In this document: positions 25,136-33,403 of the stretch, in pieces
How positions within the stretch are numbered: position 1 is the stretch's first letter
How the letters are laid out: each line of letters opens with the position of its first letter
From: Escherichia phage pinkbiff
DNA: 64,000 bases
Reading direction: 5' to 3' (one strand)
Sequence record: MN850603.1
Program-made: the position numbers and the translations under genes
The notes under the pieces: model-generated
The model's input: the letters and a program-made list of their open reading frames with translations, nothing else
The model's database searches: none
Told to the model about the DNA's origin: nothing

Positions 25136-25921
25136 TTAGTTCTTTGCGTCTAAGAAGGTAAGCTCTGGTGAAGAGAAGATTAACTCGATATCCTCATCAG
25201 TTCTCGCATAGATATAAGTATCTGCATCACTGCCAAATGTTACTGCAATCCTGTGATTGCTCTTCGACAGGTGGGTAACTAGAGCGTTACTTAGAGACAT
25301 CTTTTCAACCGGAGGGTTACTTTGATGTATCTTACCTTTTCTTCGTCTGAAAAGGGTAACTGCATTATCCGTGAACACTGCTACACCTGCAAAGTATTCT
25401 GGTTCACAGTAGTTCTTCCAACCTGAGAGTAACTTGTGGTACATCTCTCCTTCATAGACATACAGATAAACATCTACACTCTTCATGACCTGATTGATGA
25501 TAACTGTGACAGCTTGAGGGTCGAGTCCACCGATACCTGCACCAATCATAGGTAGACCGACTTTCTTCAACTGGTTAACTTCACAGTATCTGTTAAGCTG
25601 TTTCAAAGATGACTCTAAAGCACTGTATCGTGCATCTTTACCAGTCTTAAGCTGAGTGTAAAGGTTAGCTATACGGCCTTGTTTTAAACGTGCTACAGAG
25701 GAATTACCCAGTAAATTTTCACAGGGTTTGTGTCCTATACCACCTGCATATAGATAAACTTCTGTATCGGTCTCATATGCTTTTGGGTAAAGTTTAGAAA
25801 TCTTGTCAGCGATACCTGCACCCATTAAATTCATACAGTTGCAACCGTGACCGATGATGTCAAACTTACCTTTATCAAATGCGGAAAAGATATCACCGTT
25901 GATAATTTTTACAATACCCAT
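25136..25921 (-). CDS. macro-domain protein (ADP-ribose binding/processing), 261 aa
   Basis: N-terminus G-D-I-F ... D-I-I-G-H-G-C-N-C-M-N-L-M-G-A-G-I-A matches the macro-domain glycine-rich ADP-ribose pocket; extra C-terminal domain of about 100 aa. Confidence 0.7.
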   Translation of the reverse strand: MGIVKIINGDIFSAFDKGKFDIIGHGCNCMNLMGAGIADKISKLYPKAYETDTEVYLYAGGIGHKPCENLLGNSSVARLKQGRIANLYTQLKTGKDARYSALESSLKQLNRYCEVNQLKKVGLPMIGAGIGGLDPQAVTVIINQVMKSVDVYLYVYEGEMYHKLLSGWKNYCEPEYFAGVAVFTDNAVTLFRRRKGKIHQSNPPVEKMSLSNALVTHLSKSNHRIAVTFGSDADTYIYARTDEDIELIFSSPELTFLDAKN

Positions 25922-25922
25922 A

Positions 25923-26123
25923 CTAATAATGCTCCCAACGTTGCATGTCTTCGGATGGTTTTACACGGTTACCCTCATGGTCTACATAACCTGCACCACA
26001 ACCTTCACAGATAACTGGCATAGCTGAACCAGCTTCAAACTCTTCTTTGGTGAAGAGACCTTTCAAGTCCCCTGTATCAACACCAAAATGTTCTATTGCA
26101 CACTTCTTGCAGAAATCAGCCAT
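25923..26123 (-). CDS. small zinc-ribbon-like protein (66 aa)
   Basis: ATG 26123 with AAGAGG SD; CxxC ... CxxC pattern. Confidence 0.5.
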   Translation of the reverse strand: MADFCKKCAIEHFGVDTGDLKGLFTKEEFEAGSAMPVICEGCGAGYVDHEGNRVKPSEDMQRWEHY

Positions 26124-26343
26124 GAATAATTGCCTCTTGAATGATGATACCTTTACCACAACGGCTTTTAAAGTCTTCCAATGGTTGGGAGATGAAGCCA
26201 CGCAAGCAATCACTAAATACTAAGTTTTTCCTGTAGGCTATCACATCGTTTGCTGTAAACGGGATGACTTCATTTCTTCCAATGAATACTGCTGACCGGA
26301 TGAGTTTCCGTGTCTTTTTATCTCTGGCTAGAATTACTCTCAT
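26116..26343 (-). CDS. hypothetical protein (75 aa)
   Basis: ATG 26343; overlaps the downstream start by 8 nt. Confidence 0.5.
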   Translation of the reverse strand: MRVILARDKKTRKLIRSAVFIGRNEVIPFTANDVIAYRKNLVFSDCLRGFISQPLEDFKSRCGKGIIIQEAIIHG

Positions 26344-26644
26344 AATTTACCTTCTCAGTTAGCTCATATAAATCAACATGCTCAATACTATCAATGTTGA
26401 TATCAATCTTTTTGAAGCGTTCTATCACTTCGTTGTCAGTCATCCATATCAGACACCAATGATTCTGAATGGATTCTTCAAGAAGGTCAACACAATCTTT
26501 AAAAGTTTTTGTATCACTTCTTGTGCCTACTACTGCGATTGTTCCATATAGCCACTTACCATTGCCATAAGTTACTTGTGCTACGCCAACTTCTTTATCT
26601 TTCTCGTAGTAAACGGCTACAAAGTCTCTTCCATTAATCTGCAT
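26318..26644 (-). CDS. hypothetical protein (108 aa)
   Basis: ATG 26644. Confidence 0.5.
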   Translation of the reverse strand: MQINGRDFVAVYYEKDKEVGVAQVTYGNGKWLYGTIAVVGTRSDTKTFKDCVDLLEESIQNHWCLIWMTDNEVIERFKKIDINIDSIEHVDLYELTEKVNYESNSSQR

Positions 26645-26646
26645 AG

Positions 26647-26916
26647 TTACTTCCTCGTTTTGAGAACTGCTAAGATTTCTTTAGAGTCTGGTAAGAACCA
26701 TGTGTAGTGATTCTCTTTGATTTCTGGATGAGTGTCAACCTTTATTTTGCAGTCTTTACCGACATGCTTAAGCTGTGCTGTGACACCTTGCATAAAGATA
26801 TGACACATCACATTATCCATAATGGTTGGTATGAAGTCAATTCGCATATAAGTTTCTTTTGGTCGTGGTAACAGTAAGTAACCTTCTACATAGAAAGTAT
26901 CTTCATTCTCTGTCAT
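26647..26916 (-). CDS. hypothetical protein (89 aa)
   Basis: ATG 26916. Confidence 0.5.
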   Translation of the reverse strand: MTENEDTFYVEGYLLLPRPKETYMRIDFIPTIMDNVMCHIFMQGVTAQLKHVGKDCKIKVDTHPEIKENHYTWFLPDSKEILAVLKTRK

Positions 26917-27182
26917 TGCTGCTTATTCCCTAATAAAATCATGTCAATAAGGTTGTTAGCTTTGATTGTGCACTGGTAAAAGCCGTCACGATAGAACTCA
27001 AGGGCTGCTGCTACATCACTGCCTGTGTTGCCTTTGATGATATACCGTGATTCTTCTTGAGTGTACTTATCACTCTCACTTACTTGGGAGTTTTTGAATG
27101 TACTGCTCACTTTGTTCGTTGAACACCCTGACATAGTTATCAGTAACACAAACATTATAAAACTCTGGCTTAGTTTTTTCAT
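26913..27182 (-). CDS. putative o-spanin-like lipoprotein (89 aa)
   Basis: Signal peptide ending in lipobox-like L-I-T-M-S-G-C; starts inside the upstream gene in another frame (Rz1-like overlapped arrangement). Confidence 0.45.
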   Translation of the reverse strand: MKKLSQSFIMFVLLITMSGCSTNKVSSTFKNSQVSESDKYTQEESRYIIKGNTGSDVAAALEFYRDGFYQCTIKANNLIDMILLGNKQQ

Positions 27183-27423
27183 ATGTTAGTACCTCTTTTG
27201 TATGCTTATTCTTAGCAAGCACATCCTTCAAATCATTTTTGTAATTGGTGCTCAATGTTACTAATCCTTCCTGATAAGCATCTTTAGCAACACTTATGAG
27301 CTTTTGATTGTTTAGCTCAGTTTCAGCAACTTGATAGTCTCTGTAAGAGTATCCTCCCCAGACACCTGCCCCAACTAAGAAAACAATTATGAAAGTAGCT
27401 TGACAGAACTCTTTAAATGTCAT
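27076..27423 (-). CDS. putative i-spanin-like protein (115 aa)
   Basis: N-terminal transmembrane helix then a polar periplasmic-type domain; its 3' 107 nt overlap the lipoprotein gene. Confidence 0.45.
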   Translation of the reverse strand: MTFKEFCQATFIIVFLVGAGVWGGYSYRDYQVAETELNNQKLISVAKDAYQEGLVTLSTNYKNDLKDVLAKNKHTKEVLTYEKTKPEFYNVCVTDNYVRVFNEQSEQYIQKLPSK

Positions 27424-27439
27424 TTAACAATCTCCTGAA

Positions 27440-27464
27440 ATGAAAAAGGCTCCCGAAGGAGCCT
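27440..27464 (-). terminator. rho-independent terminator
   Basis: Minus strand: GGCTCC-TTCG-GGAGCC followed by TTTTTCATTT. Confidence 0.65.
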
Positions 27465-27475
27465 GTATCTTAACC

Positions 27476-27940
27476 TTAACCGAGGACTTTAGCAAGGACA
27501 TTTGCAGCCATCGAAGAAGCTTTTGCAGCAGCAGCTACCCCAGCTTTGATAGCGTTATCCTTGATAGCAGATACCGTTGCAGCATCAGTAAAGAGATAAG
27601 TAGTTGTTTTAGAACCACTTGTAAAGGAAAGCATGAGAGCAGTTTCCAGATTGAAAGAGCGATACGGAGCACCTTCTTTAACGATACCTTCAGCACCTAA
27701 CTCTGAGGCCATACCCATATCATAGATAGTCATCAGGTTTTCTTTGTGTGCTGTCGTTGAGCCAGAACCTTTTACGTGTTTCTTAACATTCAAAAGAGCA
27801 CGATACTCCCGGATGTTACCGTCTGCTTTTACATTGACAGCACGGAAGATTTTACCCTCAAAGTTGCTCTTGATAATGTTACGAACTACTTCAGATTTGT
27901 TTGCTGTAACGTCCAGTGCTACCGTGATAATGTTGTTCAT
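27476..27940 (-). CDS. hypothetical protein (154 aa)
   Basis: ATG 27940; no motif recognised. Confidence 0.55.
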   Translation of the reverse strand: MNNIITVALDVTANKSEVVRNIIKSNFEGKIFRAVNVKADGNIREYRALLNVKKHVKGSGSTTAHKENLMTIYDMGMASELGAEGIVKEGAPYRSFNLETALMLSFTSGSKTTTYLFTDAATVSAIKDNAIKAGVAAAAKASSMAANVLAKVLG

Positions 27941-27950
27941 AAGTTTTCTC

Positions 27951-28646
27951 TCAATGTTTAACTAACATGGTTTTGATGTGTGGAAGGATTCTATTCACTT
28001 TCTGCACATTCTTCTCTGTATCTTCTATAAAACATACTATATTAAAGTAAGGCAGAATGCAAGACTGAATCATCCTCACTTTCAAACTTTCTGCACTTAT
28101 AGAGTTAGTTCCAAAACCACGCATAAAAAGCATATAATCATGCTCTGTGTTATGCCTTAAAAACATCTCAGTAGGTATTCTCTGAGATTCGCCTCTCGCT
28201 GTCAAGAGTCCAACGGCAGCATGATTAGCAATTGCATCAATGATATTGAAAACATACGTTGGTTTTGCTCTTACAGAGTCAAGAAGATTAGTGTACTGTG
28301 AAAATGAACCATCAGTCAATTCCGTTGAACAATCTTCGTGATTAAAATTTGTAAGAACTCCATCAATATCTGCTAAGATAAGATTACCTTTCTCTACAAG
28401 GTCTTTGTTGACTATGACTAAACTATCACGTTTTACACCTATGGATTGTCCAGTCTCTTTGTCCACAACGTTCACAATTGGTTCTGATGTGTGGAACTCT
28501 TCAAGTGAACATACAACTTCTCTTGCGGTGTCTTCAAAATCCCTGCACTGTTCTGGAGTCCATACACAGGAATCAAGACCTAACTCATGAGGGTGTAAGT
28601 CATAAGCATGGCACAATACTTCATCAAACTTTCTTAATTTTTTCAT
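27951..28646 (-). CDS. hypothetical protein with HAD-like motif (231 aa)
   Basis: Internal L-I-L-A-D-I-D-G-V-L-T resembles HAD phosphatase motif I, and G-L-L-T-A-R motif II; assignment tentative. Confidence 0.45.
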   Translation of the reverse strand: MKKLRKFDEVLCHAYDLHPHELGLDSCVWTPEQCRDFEDTAREVVCSLEEFHTSEPIVNVVDKETGQSIGVKRDSLVIVNKDLVEKGNLILADIDGVLTNFNHEDCSTELTDGSFSQYTNLLDSVRAKPTYVFNIIDAIANHAAVGLLTARGESQRIPTEMFLRHNTEHDYMLFMRGFGTNSISAESLKVRMIQSCILPYFNIVCFIEDTEKNVQKVNRILPHIKTMLVKH

Positions 28647-29172
28647 GATTTACCTTAGAAATGTTTGTTGCAAATTCACATTGAGCGATGACTTTCATAT
28701 TGTTATAGACATCTTGAGAGTATTTCTTAGCTTTAGGAATTTTGTATGAATACCCAGCATTGTATGATGCTAAAACTTTTTGTAAAGTCTTCTTTGACTT
28801 TGGTTGACCGTGTACCTTAGTCCAAAATTCAAGCTCTTTGTGTGTTTCCTTTGCAGCATAGTCAAAATCTTTTAAGAGTTTCTTTTTAGCCACATTAGGA
28901 CTGATTTTGTTACGCTTTACAACAGTCTTCAAGTGATTCTGGAAGATACCATAATCATGTGTCTTTTTATTCTCTACCTTCAGACCTAACCCTGACTCTT
29001 GTAAGGCTATAGCAGCTAGAGTGATACCCCAACCTTTACCCATGTTATTCTCACCATACTGGTAAGCTTTTAACATGTTTACTTTTTGGCTAATTGATAG
29101 CTCTGGGCAGTCAACTGCATAAGATAAGTGTGCTGTAAACATTAAGCACAAACCTAGAATCAATTTCTTCAT
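28624..29172 (-). CDS. secreted lytic-transglycosylase-like protein (182 aa)
   Basis: Signal peptide (MKKLILGLCLMFTAHLSYA); Q-E-S-G-L-G ... Y-G-I-F-Q resembles the SLT/GH23 catalytic Glu-Ser and YG-x-x-Q motifs. Confidence 0.5.
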   Translation of the reverse strand: MKKLILGLCLMFTAHLSYAVDCPELSISQKVNMLKAYQYGENNMGKGWGITLAAIALQESGLGLKVENKKTHDYGIFQNHLKTVVKRNKISPNVAKKKLLKDFDYAAKETHKELEFWTKVHGQPKSKKTLQKVLASYNAGYSYKIPKAKKYSQDVYNNMKVIAQCEFATNISKVNHEKIKKV

Positions 29173-29231
29173 TGGTTCTCCTGTTTAGTTTATCGTGACA
29201 ACAATTATACAGCACTCTGCACAAAATACAA

Positions 29232-29260
29232 ATAAAAAAGGCCGCCGAAGCAGCCTTTTA
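29232..29260 (-). terminator. rho-independent terminator (A-run/T-run on both sides)
   Basis: Minus strand: GGCTGC-TTCG-GCGGCC followed by TTTTTTATTTG. Confidence 0.65.
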
Positions 29261-29272
29261 AGAAATTACTTA

Positions 29273-30382
29273 TTAGATTTCACGTTTACGTTGGGAGATT
29301 AGTTCACCAGCAGTGCCAACGATGATATGCAAAGCTTCAGTCTTGCCATCCCATTCTTTCAGCACTTTACGTTGATTATCAACGATTGCTGCAACTTCAT
29401 AACGAGACGAACGCATCTTCATATCGTTGTAATCAGTTGGAACAGATACAACATCTCGTGGATGGACACGAACCTTCAGGATTGTATCACCTGAGAAGCA
29501 ACGAACATAATCCCAAGCACCAACGTGAAGACCCTGAGAGCAAGTCACGTTACGGTTATTATCAACCATCCAACGTGGCATTTCTACAATGTTACCCAAA
29601 TCATTAGGTACTCTGTAGGTGTGGGAGTCAACCAGCTTGCCTTCATGAGTAGAGACTTTCTTCCAACCAATGATGTAGCCTTCTTCATCAATTTCAACAT
29701 CAAGGTGAGATACGAATCCCCAAAGTTGTTCTACAGAATCTTTAGATGGGTTTTCCATCAGTTTTTCGAAGAACATCACAAGGCGTTCAAAACCCTTATC
29801 TCCAGTCTTCATCATGTGAAGAATACGGTCAACCAGAGTAGAACGCATCTCAACAGCACCGTAGAATAACTTGTCACCTTTGATGGTGATAGCACCCTGA
29901 GTGAAGTTTTCGATAGACTTACGAATGTTCATCAGTTCGAAAGCTTTCTTATACTCACCTGATACAACAGCCATCACGATTTCTTTGTAGTTCGGATGGG
30001 TAGATTCAACGATTTCAGAATCTGCACCGAAAGTCATGATAACAGAGTCGCCAGTAATCATGTACTCAATCTGGTTGCCATTCTGCATAGCTTCATGCAG
30101 TTTATTTACCGGAGCTTTCTGTACAGGCTCTTTAACAACCTTTTCAACTGGTTTGTCAGCTTTCTTTTTAACTGATTTAGCAACTTGCTTCAAAGTCTTC
30201 GTAGCTGGTTTAGAAGCTACCTTTTTCTTACCTTTTAAGGTTGCTTCATGACGCTCTACAGCACGACCAACTGAACGGGTTGAAGTATTGAACTTCTGTG
30301 CAATAGCTGTTTTAGTCAGCTTACCTTCTTTAACCAGTTCGTAAATTTCTGCGTCAATCTGTGCTTTAGTTTTAGTAGTCAT
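29273..30382 (-). CDS. rIIB: rIIB-like protein (369 aa), N-terminal HTH and Lys-rich linker
   Basis: Sits directly downstream of the rIIA-like gene; HTH-like segment T-K-T-A-I-A-Q-K-F-N-T-S-T-R-S-V-G-R-A-V. rIIB assignment is by synteny and size only. Confidence 0.4.
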   Translation of the reverse strand: MTTKTKAQIDAEIYELVKEGKLTKTAIAQKFNTSTRSVGRAVERHEATLKGKKKVASKPATKTLKQVAKSVKKKADKPVEKVVKEPVQKAPVNKLHEAMQNGNQIEYMITGDSVIMTFGADSEIVESTHPNYKEIVMAVVSGEYKKAFELMNIRKSIENFTQGAITIKGDKLFYGAVEMRSTLVDRILHMMKTGDKGFERLVMFFEKLMENPSKDSVEQLWGFVSHLDVEIDEEGYIIGWKKVSTHEGKLVDSHTYRVPNDLGNIVEMPRWMVDNNRNVTCSQGLHVGAWDYVRCFSGDTILKVRVHPRDVVSVPTDYNDMKMRSSRYEVAAIVDNQRKVLKEWDGKTEALHIIVGTAGELISQRKREI

Positions 30383-30461
30383 CTTATTACTCTCTCTTGT
30401 TAGTTAATAAATCATTTTGTAAGGCTATTCTAAGGGGCTTCGAAGCCCCTTGTCAAACACT

Positions 30462-32828
30462 TTAATCGTAAATTGTAGTTCCTTCTGGAACACACTTCAC
30501 ATCAAAACCTAAGAACTTACTCACTTCGATGGGTGACACTTTATTCCAATCTAAATGAGAAAGCAAGAAGTTTTCTTGTTTTCTTTTTGAAAGATAGTTT
30601 GTCAGTTTGATAACCATGCGGTCACCCGCTTTCTTAATCTTTTTGTACAGTTTTGTATCATTGTCAAGGCATGACTTCAAATCCTGAAGAACACTGATAG
30701 TGTAAGTGTATGCAAACGGTGCAGCAACGTATTGGATTTTACCAAACATTGCCTCTACAGCCTCTTCATTACCTTCTAGGAAGATAGTTTTGTTTGTGTC
30801 TCGTGAATAGCAATAACCACGAGAAATCTTCCTGTTATTGAACGTAAAGTTTCTGGCAATAATCCAACTGCTTGTCAGGTCTAGGACACCATTCATATAG
30901 ATACGTGTCATATACCTGTTGTGATTAATCCAGTGAACATCAGTTAAGCTGTCATTCAAGAGCTTCTCATCTACTTCAATCCAGTCTTCTGGTATCTTTT
31001 TCCAATTTGCTTTTCGGAAAACATAGACTGTCTTCCCTATAACATTAGCAACTGACTTAGCTACATCTTCTGGAGATGAGCAAAAACATTTGCCATCAAC
31101 TGTGTCGCCTACTGCCTTAATGTAAAGCTGAGGTTCCTCAATTGTGTCTAAGTCTTCTGACACCTCTGTGTATGAGGCTACAGACTCTGCTGGAACTGCT
31201 TTCCAGAGTTTTACAACACCCCTCACAGCTTCTTTACGCTGATAATGGTGTTCCTTATCAGACATCTTCACAATCTTTAACAAACTTTTATCAAGTTTAT
31301 GTAGGTTGATTAAATCATCTAACTCTTTTTCAGTCGAGAATACAAACACAATACCATTGTATCTGTGGAACAGGCTTGACTCGTTAGCGTAGTCTCGACA
31401 TGCACCACGCAGAATCTGATTGCGGCCTACAGTCTTCTCAGTGCCATTTTTATTACGACGGTCATTAATCACGAACAAAAACTGTTCAATTTGGCTTTTA
31501 CGCATTGCACCAAAGATATTGAACATACTTGCCTCTTGAGTGTAGGAAAGTGCTGTTGCACGAATCTTACTCTCTAAAGAGTTGAACTTGACATAAGCAA
31601 CTGGATTATAAAGATAATCCACTTTAGGGATATTGTTCCCGTTCCTATCAACCTTGATATTACCTTTACCGTCACGTTCATAAATGACTGAGCCGTCTTC
31701 TGCGTAGATAATCCCACGACGAATGTTTAGTAATTCTTCTTCCAGAGAATCAAGCTTAACACCTCCCCACTCTAGCTTTGGACACACAGCATTAAACATC
31801 TCTCGTGAGTTCAAACGTAACTCAGCATAAGCCTGTGCAGCATCCATGAGTGTAGGTTGGCTATTAACTTTCTTGATAACATCCTTTGTAATTGCTTCAG
31901 TTATCTTTTTAGTAGCCTCAATGATAACATTTTTTGTCGTATCATTCATCTGCAATGCTTCACGAGAAGCTGCAATAGCAACTGAGCCAATAGGCATGTA
32001 GATGTTTACAAGGTCTACGCTCCTACGGAAAAATTCTGGCAAGACTTTGAAGAAATCATCACCAAGTAATGCTTCCATGTTAACAGGGTATGCAATGTTA
32101 CCCATCACCACATTAAACTCTGTCCTGTTACCACTAGAACGCCAGCTTTGCTTATGAATCATGGCATCATAAACACCTTCTTCACGGGCAATGACGTTCA
32201 TATCTGCTAATACATCGTCATACTCGATATTGCTTTCTGGTTTTACAGCAAAGTATGAGTATACGTGACCAGCTTCTTCAAAGAATTTTGAGATACGATG
32301 GTCAGCAACTGCTACACGTACAGCTAAGCCATTAGGTTCCTTTGTTGGGTTGGTAGTCAGCTTAGTCACTTGAGGAATACCATTCTCAAGATAAACAGAG
32401 TACTTATTAACAACACCGTCAACATAGCTAGACACTGTGAATGACTGAGCAATTGCAAATGGAGATTTTGAGCCGATACCCATTGCACCAATGTAATCAT
32501 TAGAGTCATTCTTCGTAGAAGCCCCGTAGTTTAGGTACAAACTCATAACTTTATCATGAGTCAATCCAGTTCCAAAATCACGGACTTCAAAGTAAGGCTC
32601 AAAACGAGTAGGTAAATGCACATGGAACGGGATATTCTCTTTTCCAGCTTCTTTCTGAGCATCTACTGCGTTACATGACAGTTCACGAATCACTGCCCTT
32701 TCTTTAAAGGTATATACACCAGAACTCAGAAGGCTGAACATTTCAGGTGTCATTGTAATCTGTGCTTGAGACGTCTCTAAAGAAGTTGAACTCTTAATCA
32801 CTTCTGCGTGGTCGTTTACCATGCGCAT
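30462..32828 (-). CDS. rIIA: rIIA-like protein with GHKL-type ATPase fold (788 aa)
   Basis: N-terminal Bergerat-fold motifs (E-L-S-C-N-A-V-D-A ... D-F-G-T-G-L ... G-A-M-G-I-G-S-K-S) as in T4 rIIA; size and pairing with a downstream partner gene. Confidence 0.6.
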   Translation of the reverse strand: MRMVNDHAEVIKSSTSLETSQAQITMTPEMFSLLSSGVYTFKERAVIRELSCNAVDAQKEAGKENIPFHVHLPTRFEPYFEVRDFGTGLTHDKVMSLYLNYGASTKNDSNDYIGAMGIGSKSPFAIAQSFTVSSYVDGVVNKYSVYLENGIPQVTKLTTNPTKEPNGLAVRVAVADHRISKFFEEAGHVYSYFAVKPESNIEYDDVLADMNVIAREEGVYDAMIHKQSWRSSGNRTEFNVVMGNIAYPVNMEALLGDDFFKVLPEFFRRSVDLVNIYMPIGSVAIAASREALQMNDTTKNVIIEATKKITEAITKDVIKKVNSQPTLMDAAQAYAELRLNSREMFNAVCPKLEWGGVKLDSLEEELLNIRRGIIYAEDGSVIYERDGKGNIKVDRNGNNIPKVDYLYNPVAYVKFNSLESKIRATALSYTQEASMFNIFGAMRKSQIEQFLFVINDRRNKNGTEKTVGRNQILRGACRDYANESSLFHRYNGIVFVFSTEKELDDLINLHKLDKSLLKIVKMSDKEHHYQRKEAVRGVVKLWKAVPAESVASYTEVSEDLDTIEEPQLYIKAVGDTVDGKCFCSSPEDVAKSVANVIGKTVYVFRKANWKKIPEDWIEVDEKLLNDSLTDVHWINHNRYMTRIYMNGVLDLTSSWIIARNFTFNNRKISRGYCYSRDTNKTIFLEGNEEAVEAMFGKIQYVAAPFAYTYTISVLQDLKSCLDNDTKLYKKIKKAGDRMVIKLTNYLSKRKQENFLLSHLDWNKVSPIEVSKFLGFDVKCVPEGTTIYD

Positions 32829-32856
32829 AATACTTTCCTCTCAGTTTACTGTTAAA

Positions 32857-33033
32857 TTACTTATTAAACATTTTACCAGAACCACCACACATAGGGCAAC
32901 ATCCTGCCCTTGTGTACCCCTCTCCATTACAGTAGTCACATTTTTTGTGCTCTGCAAAGTACTTACAAAGGAGGTAAACAAATACTGCTACACTACCAAG
33001 TGACAGTAAAATTTCTATCCAATATGCTTGCAT
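32857..33033 (-). CDS. small membrane-anchored zinc-ribbon protein (58 aa)
   Basis: Not in the track (under 60 aa); ATG 33033 with GAGAGGTGAG SD; TM helix then C-x2-C ... C-x2-C. Confidence 0.4.
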   Translation of the reverse strand: MQAYWIEILLSLGSVAVFVYLLCKYFAEHKKCDYCNGEGYTRAGCCPMCGGSGKMFNK

Positions 33034-33350
33034 GACTCACCTCTCATATTCTTGTAAAGGATAAAGCTTCTGTCATGGACAATACTTGTAGACACTGCAA
33101 AGTTACTTTCAAGCATCTGTTTGTTTGGATTGTAGAAGCTCTCTTTAAACTCGTCAAGTGCAAATTGGTGATGTTGCGGAAGACCTTTTACGCAGACCTT
33201 TATTGTGATTGCTGCTGCGACCTTGCCAGTCAGTTCTTCTTTAGCTGCTACCAAGATTTTGTTAAGGAACTTATGACCATCTTCAGGCTTCTTGATGTTC
33301 TCCCAACGTTCTTCTAAGACAATGTTGATGTTCATCTCTTTGATTTTCAT
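33015..33350 (-). CDS. hypothetical protein (111 aa)
   Basis: ATG 33350. Confidence 0.5.
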   Translation of the reverse strand: MKIKEMNINIVLEERWENIKKPEDGHKFLNKILVAAKEELTGKVAAAITIKVCVKGLPQHHQFALDEFKESFYNPNKQMLESNFAVSTSIVHDRSFILYKNMRGESCKHIG

Positions 33351-33364
33351 AGTTTTCTCCAGAA

Positions 33365-33390
33365 ATTAAAAAGGCTCCCGTAGGAGCCTC
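33365..33390 (-). terminator. rho-independent terminator
   Basis: Minus strand: GGCTCC-TACG-GGAGCC followed by TTTTTAATTT. Confidence 0.65.
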
Positions 33391-33403
33391 TTATCATATA
33401 CTT

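Noticed and set aside
32821-33003. Plus-strand 60-aa ORF between the rIIA-like gene and the 111-aa gene
   Set aside because: The opposite strand carries a better candidate: a 58-aa zinc-ribbon ORF with a strong SD (32857-33033).
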